DNA from: Paracoccus suum
GTDB lineage: Bacteria > Pseudomonadota > Alphaproteobacteria > Rhodobacterales > Rhodobacteraceae
NCBI RefSeq assembly: GCF_003324675.1
Contig: NZ_CP030918.1
Location: 3,120,001 to 3,152,000 of the forward strand
Reading direction: 5' to 3'
DNA length: 32,000 nt
Shown: positions 16,231 to 25,277 of the stretch, in pieces
Numbering within the stretch: the stretch's first letter is position 1
Layout of the letters: each line of letters opens with the position of its first letter
Notes under the pieces: generated by a model
Told to the model about the DNA's origin: nothing
The model's input: only the letters and a program-made list of their open reading frames with translations
Database searches by the model: none
Program-made: the position numbers and the translations under genes

Positions 16231-17613
16231 TCAGCAGTTCGGCACGTTCACCGCCAGCCCGCCCAGCGAGGTTTCCTTGTACTTGTCGCTCATGTCGCGG
16301 CCGGTCTGGCGCATCGTCTCGATCGCGGCATCCAGCGGCACGAAATGGTTGCCATCGCCGCGCAGGGCGAGGCTGGCGGCGCTGACAGCCTTGATCGCGC
16401 CGAGGCCGTTGCGCTCGATGCACGGAACCTGCACCAGCCCAGCGACCGGATCGCAGGTCATGCCCAAATGATGCTCCAGTGCGATCTCGGCCGCGTTCTC
16501 GACCTGCTGGGGCGTGCCGCCAAGGACCGCGGCAAGACCTGCTGCCGCCATGGCCGAGGCTGAGCCGACCTCAGCCTGGCAGCCGCACTCCGCCCCGGAG
16601 ATGCTGGCGTTGTGCTTGATCAGCCCGCCGACCGCGGCGGCGGTCAGCATGAACTCGGCCAGACGCGCCTCGGATGCGCCGGGAACATGGTCCAGCCAGT
16701 AGCGTATCACGGCCGGAATGACGCCCGCAGCACCGTTGGTCGGGGCGGTCACCACCTGCCCGCCGGCGGCGTTTTCCTCGTTCACCGCCATGGCATACAT
16801 CGACATCCAGTCGTTGATCACATGCGGCGCGGTCAGGTTCATGCCGCGCTCCGCCTCCAGCGCAGCGCGCAGGCCGGGCGCGCGGCGACGAATGTTCAGC
16901 CCGCCCGGCAACGTGCCGCCGGTCGCAAGGCCCCGATCCATGCAGTCGCGCATCACCTGCCAGATGCGGTCGATGCCGGCGCGGATCTCGGCCTCACTAC
17001 GATAGACGCGCTCGTTCTCGTGCTTCATCTGCGCGATCGACCGGCCTGACGCGCTTGCCATGGCCAGCATCTCGGCCGCGCTCGCAAAGGGCCACGGCAC
17101 CTGCGAGGCGGCATCGGTGCGGTCCTCGTCCCCCTTGCGCGCCAGCTCGTCGGCGGTCAGCACGAAGCCCCCGCCAATGGAATAATATGTTTGCTGGTAG
17201 ATCACGTCGCCCTGCGCGTCGGTCGCAGACAGCACCATGCCGTTGGCGTGTCCGGGCAAGGGCGGGCCGTAGTCGAAGACCAGGTCCCGTGCCGGATCAA
17301 AACGCAGCGGGCCCAGCCCCTCGGGGTTCAGGGTCAGGGTGCGGGCATTTTCCGCCAGCGCCGCCTCGGCTTTTTCGGCGCCCATTCCGTCCGGGGTGAA
17401 ACCCGCCAGCCCCAGGATCGTGGCGCGGTCAGTCGCGTGGCCCTTGCCGGTAAAGGCCAGACTGCCGTGCAGATGGGCACGCAGCCCGCTGGCGCGGAAC
17501 GGCTGCGCCCGCAGCGACTGCAGGAAACGCGCCCCGGCGACCATCGGCCCCATGGTGTGCGAGGACGACGGGCCGACGCCCACCTTGAACAGATCGAACA
17601 CCGATAGAAACAC
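16231..17613 (-). CDS. sdaA: L-serine ammonia-lyase (iron-sulfur dependent, single-chain)
   Basis: N-terminal [22 protein letters not shown] and a C-terminal alpha domain with Cys ligands ([15 protein letters not shown]). Start candidates are GTG 17613 (GGGGG 5 nt upstream; gives the canonical MFLSVFD N-terminus), GTG 17619, or the ORF-track TTG at 17625. Confidence 0.92.
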   Translation of the reverse strand: MFLSVFDLFKVGVGPSSSHTMGPMVAGARFLQSLRAQPFRASGLRAHLHGSLAFTGKGHATDRATILGLAGFTPDGMGAEKAEAALAENARTLTLNPEGLGPLRFDPARDLVFDYGPPLPGHANGMVLSATDAQGDVIYQQTYYSIGGGFVLTADELARKGDEDRTDAASQVPWPFASAAEMLAMASASGRSIAQMKHENERVYRSEAEIRAGIDRIWQVMRDCMDRGLATGGTLPGGLNIRRRAPGLRAALEAERGMNLTAPHVINDWMSMYAMAVNEENAAGGQVVTAPTNGAAGVIPAVIRYWLDHVPGASEARLAEFMLTAAAVGGLIKHNASISGAECGCQAEVGSASAMAAAGLAAVLGGTPQQVENAAEIALEHHLGMTCDPVAGLVQVPCIERNGLGAIKAVSAASLALRGDGNHFVPLDAAIETMRQTGRDMSDKYKETSLGGLAVNVPNC

Positions 17614-17865
17614 GCGCACCCCCAAGGCTCACGCGGGCAAGCTAGCGATATCGGCCGAGGCGGGCCAGCCCGGTTTACGACGCGCCAGCTTCGTGGCGCG
17701 ACGAGTCGAGGCGGCGAAAGCTGCGTCGCCGGTAGCGGCTGACTAAGTGGAAAAATCTGGCGCAATGCCCAAAAAACGGGCAGAAGACGGCTTGGCCCGG
17801 CGTAGTGCGCCGCGTGCCCTGTCCCGTCCTTGCCCCCACGTCCAACGTCACCACAAGTCGATCCC

Positions 17866-18951
17866 ATGACCGAAGCCGCCATGCCCGCCCTTTCTGCCGC
17901 CGCCGCGATGCCGATCACCCTCGGCGGGGCCGCGCTGTGGCCGCCGGTATTCCTGGCGCCGATGGCGGGGATCACTGACTTGCCATTCCGCCGGGCCGTC
18001 GCCCGACATGGCGGCGCCGGGCTGATGGTGTCCGAGATGGTCGCCTCGACCGAGATGGCGACGCCGCGTCCCTCCTCTCGTGCCGCGGCACGTGCCGAGG
18101 TCGAGGCGACGGGCGGCGGTGCCGTCTCGGTCCAGATCGCTGGGCGCGAAGCGGCTCCCATGGCCGAGACGGCGCGGATCGTTGCCGGCATGGGCGCGCG
18201 GATCATCGACATCAACATGGGCTGCCCGGCACGCAAGGTGACCGGCGGCCTTTCGGGCGCGGCCCTGATGCGCGATCTGGATCACGCGCTGCGGCTGATC
18301 GATGCCGTCATCGGCGCGGTGCCGGGCCTGCCAGTGACGCTGAAGATGCGTCTGGGCTGGGATGAGGATTGCCTGAACGCACCGATGCTCGCGGCCCGGG
18401 CGGCCGAGGCTGGCGTGCAGATGGTGACAGTCCACGGCCGAACGCGGGCGCAGTTCTATGCCGGCAGAGCCGACTGGTCGCGGATCGGGCCGGTGGCCGA
18501 GATGCTGCGCGGCGAGGGCCGTCCGCCGTTGGTTGCGAATGGCGATGTCACCTGCGCCGCGTCGGCTTGGGCGGCGCTGGATGCCTCCGGCGCGCGAGCG
18601 GTGATGGTCGGGCGCGGCGCGCAGGGTGCGCCGTGGCGTTTGGCACAGATCGCGAGTGCTCTTTGCGGAACGCCCGCGCCCGAGGTGCCACGGGGCGCGG
18701 CGCTGGCGGACGCGGTGGCGACGCATTATGAGGATATCCTGAGCTTCTACGGCCGCGATCTGGGCGTGCGTGTTGCGCGCAAGCACCTCGGCTGGTGGGC
18801 CAACGCAGCGAATATCCCGCACGCCCGCGCAGCGCTGGTGGCGGCGACCTCGCCAGCCGAAACTCTGGAGGTGATTGCCAGCCGCTTTGCCGATGCACCG
18901 GGCGATGACGGCGCGGATGCGTCTGGGGCGTCGGAGGCGGAGGCAGCATGA
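17866..18951 (+). CDS. dusB: tRNA-dihydrouridine synthase (NifR3/DusB family)
   Basis: LAPMAGITDLPFR, DINMGCPA(R)KV and TVHGRTR motifs. Sits at the head of the conserved nifR3-ntrBC cluster. The start is uncertain (ATG 17866, 17881 or 17908). Confidence 0.88.
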   Translation: MTEAAMPALSAAAAMPITLGGAALWPPVFLAPMAGITDLPFRRAVARHGGAGLMVSEMVASTEMATPRPSSRAAARAEVEATGGGAVSVQIAGREAAPMAETARIVAGMGARIIDINMGCPARKVTGGLSGAALMRDLDHALRLIDAVIGAVPGLPVTLKMRLGWDEDCLNAPMLAARAAEAGVQMVTVHGRTRAQFYAGRADWSRIGPVAEMLRGEGRPPLVANGDVTCAASAWAALDASGARAVMVGRGAQGAPWRLAQIASALCGTPAPEVPRGAALADAVATHYEDILSFYGRDLGVRVARKHLGWWANAANIPHARAALVAATSPAETLEVIASRFADAPGDDGADASGASEAEAA

Positions 18952-20063
18952 GCGCCGCCCGCCCTGCCGGTCACGCACTCGCAGGCGATCCACCCGGATG
19001 CGGCGACTGGGACAGCCTGCCGCTGCCCGCTATGCTGCTCGATGGCGAGTTGCGCATCACCGCGCTGAACGACGCCGCCGAGGCCTGGCTGAACCTGTCG
19101 CGCAGGGCGGCCAGTGGCCTCTCGTTCGAGGACGAGGCCTTGGCCGGGCGCGTCGCGCTGACCCCGCCGCTTTCGGAAATGGCTGCGCTGGTTGCACGCG
19201 GGCATGACGCATTGGTCCATCCCGGCCTTCGCGTGACCTTCGGCCGGCGGGGTCCCGCGCCCGTGGTGCGGCAGGCCACGCTGCATCTGGCCCCGGCCGA
19301 GGCCGGCTACTCGCTGGTCCTGATCCCCGACGATGCCGCCCGGCATGCCCCCGCCCGTGCGGCCCGCGGGGCGGCGCTGGCGGCCATCGGCATGGCAGAT
19401 ATGCTGGCGCATGAGATCAAGAACCCGCTCGCCGGTATCCGCGGGGCCGCGCAACTTCTGGCCATGGAACTGCCCGAGGGCCAGCCGGAACTGTCCGACC
19501 TGACCGCGCTGATCGTCGACGAAAGCCGTCGCATCGTGGCGCTGCTGGAACAGGTCGAGCGGTTCGGCGACACCTCGCCCCCGGCCCTCGCACCGGTCAA
19601 CCTGCATGACGTGCTGGAACGCGCGCGCCTGTCAGCCGAACTCAGCTTTGCGCGGGCGGTGCGGATCTTGCCGGCCTACGACCCCTCGCTGCCGCCGGTC
19701 GTGGCGGATGCGGACCAGTTGGTCCAGTTGGTGCTGAACCTGCTGCGCAACGCCGCCGAGGCGCTTGCCGGCCGGCCAGACCCCCTGATCCGAATCCGCA
19801 GCTTTTACGATGGCGGCCTGCGCCAGGCGCCCGAGGCGGGCGGCCGTCCCCTGCCGATCCAGTTGGAGATCGAGGACAACGGCCCCGGCCTGCCCGAGCC
19901 GATCGCCGAGCGGGTGTTCGAGCCGTTCGTCTCCGGGCGCGAGAACGGCACCGGACTCGGGCTGGCGCTGGTGGCCAAGATCACCGCAGATCTTGGCGCC
20001 TGGATCTCGGTCGACAGCCACCCGGGACGCACCGTCTTCCGCCTGTCCCTGCCCAAGGCCTGA
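18948..20063 (+). CDS. ntrB: nitrogen regulation sensor histidine kinase NtrB
   Basis: N-terminal PAS-like region, H-box AHEIKNPLAGIRGAAQLL, N-box LLRNAAEA, G-boxes DNGPGLP and GTGLGLALV. The ATG overlaps the dusB stop (ATGA). Confidence 0.9.
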   Translation: MSAARPAGHALAGDPPGCGDWDSLPLPAMLLDGELRITALNDAAEAWLNLSRRAASGLSFEDEALAGRVALTPPLSEMAALVARGHDALVHPGLRVTFGRRGPAPVVRQATLHLAPAEAGYSLVLIPDDAARHAPARAARGAALAAIGMADMLAHEIKNPLAGIRGAAQLLAMELPEGQPELSDLTALIVDESRRIVALLEQVERFGDTSPPALAPVNLHDVLERARLSAELSFARAVRILPAYDPSLPPVVADADQLVQLVLNLLRNAAEALAGRPDPLIRIRSFYDGGLRQAPEAGGRPLPIQLEIEDNGPGLPEPIAERVFEPFVSGRENGTGLGLALVAKITADLGAWISVDSHPGRTVFRLSLPKA

Positions 20064-20073
20064 AGGATATCCC

Positions 20074-21516
20074 ATGGACGGCACCGTGCTGATCGCCGAC
20101 GACGACCGCACCATTCGCACCGTGCTGACCAAGGCGCTGACCCGCGCCGGCTGCCGGGTGCATGCCACCGGCAGCCTGGCCCAGCTGGTCCGTTGGGTCG
20201 AGGAAAGCCGGCCCGACCTTGTCATTACCGACGTGGTCATGCCGGACGGCAACGGCATCGACCTGATCCCGGCGCTGCACCGCGCCCGGCCGGACCTGCC
20301 GGTGATCGTGATTTCGGCCCAGAACACAATCGTCACGGCGGTCCGCGCGCAGGGCGCCAACGCCTTTGACTATCTGCCCAAGCCCTTCGATCTGCCCGAA
20401 CTGATGGCCCGCGCCCGCGCCGCGCTGGAGCGGCGGGGCCGCGCCCGCCCGGCCGCCGATGCGCCAGCGGGGTCAGACGAGGTCGCGGGCGCCGACCCGG
20501 CGATGCCGCTGGTCGGCCGCGCGCCGAGCATGCAGGCTCTGTTCCGGCTGGTGGCGCGCCTGCTCGACGCCGACCTGCCAGTCCTGATCGCCGGAGAGGC
20601 GGGCAGCGGTCGCAGCACATTGGCGCGCAGCCTGCACGAGTTGTCGGCCCGGCGCGATGCCCCGCTGATCCGCCTCAGCCCCGCCGACAGCAGCGAGGCT
20701 GCCTTTGCGCGGGCGCGCGCGGCCGGCGACAGCGGAGGCACCTTGCTGGTCGAGGACCCGGCAGGTTTCGACGCTGGCGGCCAAGCCCGGCTGTCAGCCC
20801 TGCTGGAGGCGCTGGCCGACGCACCACAGCCGCCACGCGTGCTGAGCACCATGGGGCCGGACCCGCGGGCGGCCCTCGCCGAGGGCCGGTTGCGCTCTGA
20901 CCTCTATTGGCGCCTCGCAGGCGCCGTCCTCGACGTGCCGGCGCTGCGCGAGCGGATAGACGACATCCCGGCGCTGGCCCGCCACCTGCTGGCCCGCGCC
21001 GCGGTGCAAGGATTGCCCAAGCGGGGTCTCGGCGACGATGCAGCCGCGGCCCTGCGTGCCCACGCCTTTCCCGGCAACGTCCGCGAGTTGGAGAATATGA
21101 TGTCCCGCCTCGCGCTGACCGCGCAAGGGCCAGAGATCACGCCCGCCGAGGTCAACGCGGCGCTGGCGGAGGCTGGGCCGCAGCGCCGGACAACGCCCGC
21201 GCCGCATCCCGCGCCGCGCGCTGCGGTTGCCCCGCCAACCGCCAAGACGGACCAGGGTGGCGTCACCCATCTGTCTGAAGCGGTCGAGGCGCAACTTCGT
21301 CGATATTTCGATCTGCACGGTGAGGATCTGCCGCCCGCCGGCCTCTACGACCGCGTGCTGGCCGAGATTGAGCGTCCACTGATCGAGTTGACGCTCGCGG
21401 CAACCGGCGGAAATCAGCTACGTGCGGCCGATTTGCTCGGAATTAACCGAAATACGCTGCGCAAGAAGGTCACCACGCTGAATATCGGCGTGACACGGCC
21501 CCGTCGCCTGATGTAA
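20074..21516 (+). CDS. ntrC: nitrogen regulation response regulator NtrC (receiver + degenerate AAA+ + Fis-type HTH)
   Basis: Receiver domain (DDD...D at ITDVVMPDG, K in LPKPF). Central domain with ESR-like ends (FPGNVRELEN). C-terminal HTH (GGNQLRAADLLGINRNTLRKK). Follows ntrB. Confidence 0.9.
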   Translation: MDGTVLIADDDRTIRTVLTKALTRAGCRVHATGSLAQLVRWVEESRPDLVITDVVMPDGNGIDLIPALHRARPDLPVIVISAQNTIVTAVRAQGANAFDYLPKPFDLPELMARARAALERRGRARPAADAPAGSDEVAGADPAMPLVGRAPSMQALFRLVARLLDADLPVLIAGEAGSGRSTLARSLHELSARRDAPLIRLSPADSSEAAFARARAAGDSGGTLLVEDPAGFDAGGQARLSALLEALADAPQPPRVLSTMGPDPRAALAEGRLRSDLYWRLAGAVLDVPALRERIDDIPALARHLLARAAVQGLPKRGLGDDAAAALRAHAFPGNVRELENMMSRLALTAQGPEITPAEVNAALAEAGPQRRTTPAPHPAPRAAVAPPTAKTDQGGVTHLSEAVEAQLRRYFDLHGEDLPPAGLYDRVLAEIERPLIELTLAATGGNQLRAADLLGINRNTLRKKVTTLNIGVTRPRRLM

Positions 21517-21602
21517 AACCGCCACAGGCATGGTGACTTGCGTCTCCGTGCTGCAACAAGGCATCCGGCTCGAACCGGGGCATGAGGCGGCGGTAGATAC
21601 TG

Positions 21603-23882
21603 GTGGCACGACAGGTCTCCTCGGCGACATGGGAGCGGTTGGCGCGTCTGCGACGCCAGCGCCGCTTTCAGAACATCGCGACGCTCGGCCTCGCGGTGCT
21701 TGCGCCGGTGTTGGCGGGGCTGACACTGGCCGTGCTGGGACCGCTCGATCGCAACAACTCCGGGGGGGCCTGGCTGCGGCTGATCCTGCTTGCCGACCTG
21801 CTCTACCTCATCACACTCCTCGGCCTCGTCGGCTTTCGTTTGGTGCGCATGATCACCGAGCGGCGGCAGTCCCGCGCCGGCTCGCGGCTGCACCTGCGGC
21901 TCGTCAGCATCTTTACAGGCATCGCGCTGGTGCCCACCGTGCTGGTCGCGCTGTTTGCCGGCCTGACGGTGAACATCGGGCTCGAGGGCTGGTTTTCGTC
22001 CCGGGTGCAAAGCGTGGTCGCCAGCGCCCTGTCCGCGGCCGAGGCCTATCAGGCCGAGCATCGCGCCGACCTGACGGAGGATGCCGAGGCGCTGGCCCGC
22101 TTCCTGGATCGGGCCGCCGCGGAGAACCGGCTGATCGACGACGGCGCGCTGCGCCAGTTGTTGGGCCAAGGCCAGACCCAGATCCAGCGCGGATTGCGCG
22201 AAGGCTATATCATCGACGGCGCCGGCCGCATCCGCGCCCGGGGCGAGCGCAGCTATCGCTTCTGGTACGAACAGCCCACGTCCGAGCAGATCGCCATCGC
22301 CCGGCGCGATGGCATCGCTTTGATCGAGGACTGGCCCGAGAACGAGTTTCGCGCCCTCGTCCCTCTGACCACGCTTGGCGACCGGCTGCTGTACGTCACC
22401 CGCGATGTGAACGGCGAGTTGCTGGGCCTGCTGGATCGCACCCGCGAGACGGGGACATTCTACCAGCAACTCGAACGCACGCGGGGGCGGGTGCTGTTCG
22501 AGTTCAGTCTCGTCTACCTCGGATTTGCGTTGCTGCTGGTAGCCGCGGCCATCTGGCTGGGGCTGTGGTTCGCCGAGCGCCTCAGCCAGCCAATCGGGCG
22601 CATCGCCTCGGCCGCCGAGGCGGTCGGCAAGGGCGAGTTGGGCCTGCAGATACCCGAGCCTGACACTGGCGACGAGATCCAGACCCTGGGCCAGGCCTTC
22701 AACCGGATGACCCGGCAGCTGAAAACCCAGCGCGAGGAGCTGGTCGCCAGCTACGAGGCGAGCGACGCCCAGCGGCGGCTGTTCGATTCCGTTCTGTCCT
22801 CGGTCACTGCCGGGGTCATCGGGCTGGACGCGGCCGGAGAGATCGACTTCGTCAACCGCTCGGCCACGCGCCTGCTGGGCCTGGACGCAGCCAGCCATGA
22901 CGTCCCGTTGTCCGCCGCGGTGCCGGAGTTTGCGGCCCTCTTCGCGCGGCTGAACCCTTCGGTCGCCGACAGCCTGCAGGACGAGGTGCGCCTGACCCGC
23001 CACGGCCGGATGGAAAGCCTGCTGGTGCGGGTGGCCGTGCGTCGCGGCGCTGAAGGTGCGCCCGAGGGCTACGTGGTGGCGTTCGACGACGTGACCGAAC
23101 TCGTCAGCGCCCAGCGCATGGCGGCCTGGGGCGATGTCGCCCGCCGCGTCGCGCACGAGATCAAGAACCCCCTGACCCCGATCCAACTGTCTGCCGAGCG
23201 GGTCAAGCGCAAGTTCATGAAGTTCGCCGACAACGATGCCGATCGCGAGGCGCTGACCCAGTATACCGACGTCATCATCCGCCAGACCGGGGACCTGCGC
23301 CGCATCGTCGACGAGTTCAGCCGCTTTGCCCGCATGCCCGAGCCGGAGCGGCGTGAAATGGACCTGGCCAAGCTGGTGCGCGATTCGCTGGTGCTGCAGC
23401 AGGACGCGATGGGCGGGACTCTGGTCGCCGACGTGCCAGCCGAGCCGGTGCTGATCCAGGCTGACGCCGGCATGATCGGCCAGGCGCTGACCAACCTGCT
23501 GAAGAATGCCGGCGAGGCGGTGGCCGAGATCTCGGATAATCCGCCCGAGGGCTGGACCCCGCAGGTCAACGTCAGCCTGACCTCGACCCCCGAGGTCGCC
23601 GTGGTGCGCATCAGCGACAACGGCACCGGCCTGCCCGAGGACCGCTCCCGCCTCTTTGAACCTTACGTGACGCTGAAATCGGGCGGAACCGGCTTGGGGC
23701 TGCCCATTGTCAAGAAGATCATCGAGGAGCACGGCGGCACGCTGACCCTCGAGGACAATCACCCGCGCGGGGCGGTGGCCGAAATCCGGCTGCCGCGCCA
23801 ACGCGTCCAACTCGGCAATCCCGCGGCAAGCCAGGCGCCGCGCCCCCGACGACTCGAACAGGAAACGGCAGGGACATCATGA
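21603..23882 (+). CDS. ntrY: sensor histidine kinase NtrY
   Basis: N-terminal multi-TM region, HAMP (QPIGRIASAAEAVGKGEL), PAS, H-box AHEIKNPLTPIQLSAERV, and N and G boxes (LLKNAGEA, DNGTGLP, GTGLGLPIV). GTG start at 21603. Confidence 0.9.
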   Translation: MARQVSSATWERLARLRRQRRFQNIATLGLAVLAPVLAGLTLAVLGPLDRNNSGGAWLRLILLADLLYLITLLGLVGFRLVRMITERRQSRAGSRLHLRLVSIFTGIALVPTVLVALFAGLTVNIGLEGWFSSRVQSVVASALSAAEAYQAEHRADLTEDAEALARFLDRAAAENRLIDDGALRQLLGQGQTQIQRGLREGYIIDGAGRIRARGERSYRFWYEQPTSEQIAIARRDGIALIEDWPENEFRALVPLTTLGDRLLYVTRDVNGELLGLLDRTRETGTFYQQLERTRGRVLFEFSLVYLGFALLLVAAAIWLGLWFAERLSQPIGRIASAAEAVGKGELGLQIPEPDTGDEIQTLGQAFNRMTRQLKTQREELVASYEASDAQRRLFDSVLSSVTAGVIGLDAAGEIDFVNRSATRLLGLDAASHDVPLSAAVPEFAALFARLNPSVADSLQDEVRLTRHGRMESLLVRVAVRRGAEGAPEGYVVAFDDVTELVSAQRMAAWGDVARRVAHEIKNPLTPIQLSAERVKRKFMKFADNDADREALTQYTDVIIRQTGDLRRIVDEFSRFARMPEPERREMDLAKLVRDSLVLQQDAMGGTLVADVPAEPVLIQADAGMIGQALTNLLKNAGEAVAEISDNPPEGWTPQVNVSLTSTPEVAVVRISDNGTGLPEDRSRLFEPYVTLKSGGTGLGLPIVKKIIEEHGGTLTLEDNHPRGAVAEIRLPRQRVQLGNPAASQAPRPRRLEQETAGTS

Positions 23883-25267
23883 GCGACATCCTCATCGTGG
23901 ACGACGAGCGCGATATCCGCGAACTCATCGCGGATATCCTGCGTGACGAAGGCTTTCAGACCCGCGTCGCGGCCAATAGTGACGAGGCCGTGGCGGCCCT
24001 GAATGCGGAACCGCCGGGGCTGATGATCCTCGACATCTGGCTGAAGGACAGTCGGATGGACGGGATCGAGATCCTTAAATCCGTCAAGCGCAACAATCCC
24101 GACGTGCCCGTGGTCATCATCAGCGGCCACGGCAACATCGAGATCGCGGTCGCGGCGATCAAGCAGGGCGCCTATGACTTCATCGAAAAGCCGTTCAATA
24201 TCGACCAGCTGATGGTGGTCATCAACCGCGCCATGGAAACCAGCCGCCTGAGGCGCGAGAATACCAGCCTGCGCCGTCGCGACATCGCCTCGGCCGAGAT
24301 GCTGGGCAATTCCGCCTCGTTCAAGCGGTTGCGCGACCAGCTGGACAAGGTGGCCAAATCAAACGCCCGGGTTCTGCTGGCGGGCGAGCCAGGCGCCGGC
24401 AAGGAGCTGGCAGCACGCTATATCCACCAGCAATCCGCCCGCGCCGAGGCTCCCTTCGTCACCGTCCCCTGCGCGACCATCGAGCCCGACCGCATGGAGG
24501 AGGTCCTGTTCGGGCGCGAAAGCCCCGAGCGCGGGATCGAACCGGGACTGCTGGAGCAGGCGCATGGCGGTGTGATCTATTTCGACGAGGTCGCCGACAT
24601 GCCCTTGGGCACCCAGCCCAAGATCCTGCGGGTGCTAACCGAACAGCAGTTCGCGCGCGCCGGCGGCAGCGACCGGGTGCGGGTCGACCTGCGGGTCATC
24701 AGTTCGACCAACCGCGACCTGCCGGCCGAGATTTCCGCCGGGCGCTTTCGGCAGGAGTTGTTCGATCGGCTGAACGTGGTGCCGGTCGTCGTCCCCTCGC
24801 TCGCCGAGCGGCGCGAGGACATCGCCCTGCTCGCGCGGCATTTCATCGACGCCTTCCACCGCAGCCAGAATCTGCCCGCCCGGCCCCTACCGGAGGAGAC
24901 GGTCGCCGCGCTGCAGACCATGCGCTGGCCCGGCAACGTCCGCCAGTTGCGCAACGTGATCGAGCGGGTGCTGATCCTGGCCGAGGATGCCGGCCCGATC
25001 CGACCGGCCGAACTGGAGCCGCAGGGCGCAACCCCGGACAACGGCGAGGCTCTGGCCCTCGGGCCGCAGATGACCGCCCTCGCGCTGCGCGAGGCGCGTG
25101 AGCTGTTCGAGCGCGAATACCTGCTGGCCCAGATCAACCGCTTTGGCGGCAACATCAGCCGCACTGCGCAATTCGTGGGGATGGAGCGAAGCGCGTTGCA
25201 TCGCAAGCTCAAGAGCCTCGGGGTCGTCGGCGGGATGCGCGTCGAGGAAGAGATGGCGGCCGGGTGA
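23879..25267 (+). CDS. ntrX: response regulator NtrX (receiver + AAA+ lacking GAFTGA + HTH)
   Basis: Receiver (ILIVDDE, D in LDIWL). Walker A GEPGAGKE, Walker B VIYFDEV, WPGNVRQLRN. C-terminal Fis-type HTH. The ATG overlaps the ntrY stop (ATGA). Confidence 0.92.
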   Translation: MSDILIVDDERDIRELIADILRDEGFQTRVAANSDEAVAALNAEPPGLMILDIWLKDSRMDGIEILKSVKRNNPDVPVVIISGHGNIEIAVAAIKQGAYDFIEKPFNIDQLMVVINRAMETSRLRRENTSLRRRDIASAEMLGNSASFKRLRDQLDKVAKSNARVLLAGEPGAGKELAARYIHQQSARAEAPFVTVPCATIEPDRMEEVLFGRESPERGIEPGLLEQAHGGVIYFDEVADMPLGTQPKILRVLTEQQFARAGGSDRVRVDLRVISSTNRDLPAEISAGRFRQELFDRLNVVPVVVPSLAERREDIALLARHFIDAFHRSQNLPARPLPEETVAALQTMRWPGNVRQLRNVIERVLILAEDAGPIRPAELEPQGATPDNGEALALGPQMTALALREARELFEREYLLAQINRFGGNISRTAQFVGMERSALHRKLKSLGVVGGMRVEEEMAAG

Positions 25268-25277
25268 GGCGCGCGGC

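Noticed and set aside
21414-23810. 798-aa ORF on the minus strand, antisense to ntrY. Similar long antisense or shadow ORFs occur at 8810-10516, 10864-12471, 28114-29892, 1392-2693, 6483-8048, 17848-18993 and 25209-26372.
   Set aside because: Their translations are Arg/Gly/Ala/Pro-rich and low in complexity, with no recognisable motifs. Each lies opposite a gene with strong family signatures. Stop-codon depletion in about 70% GC DNA produces such frames routinely.
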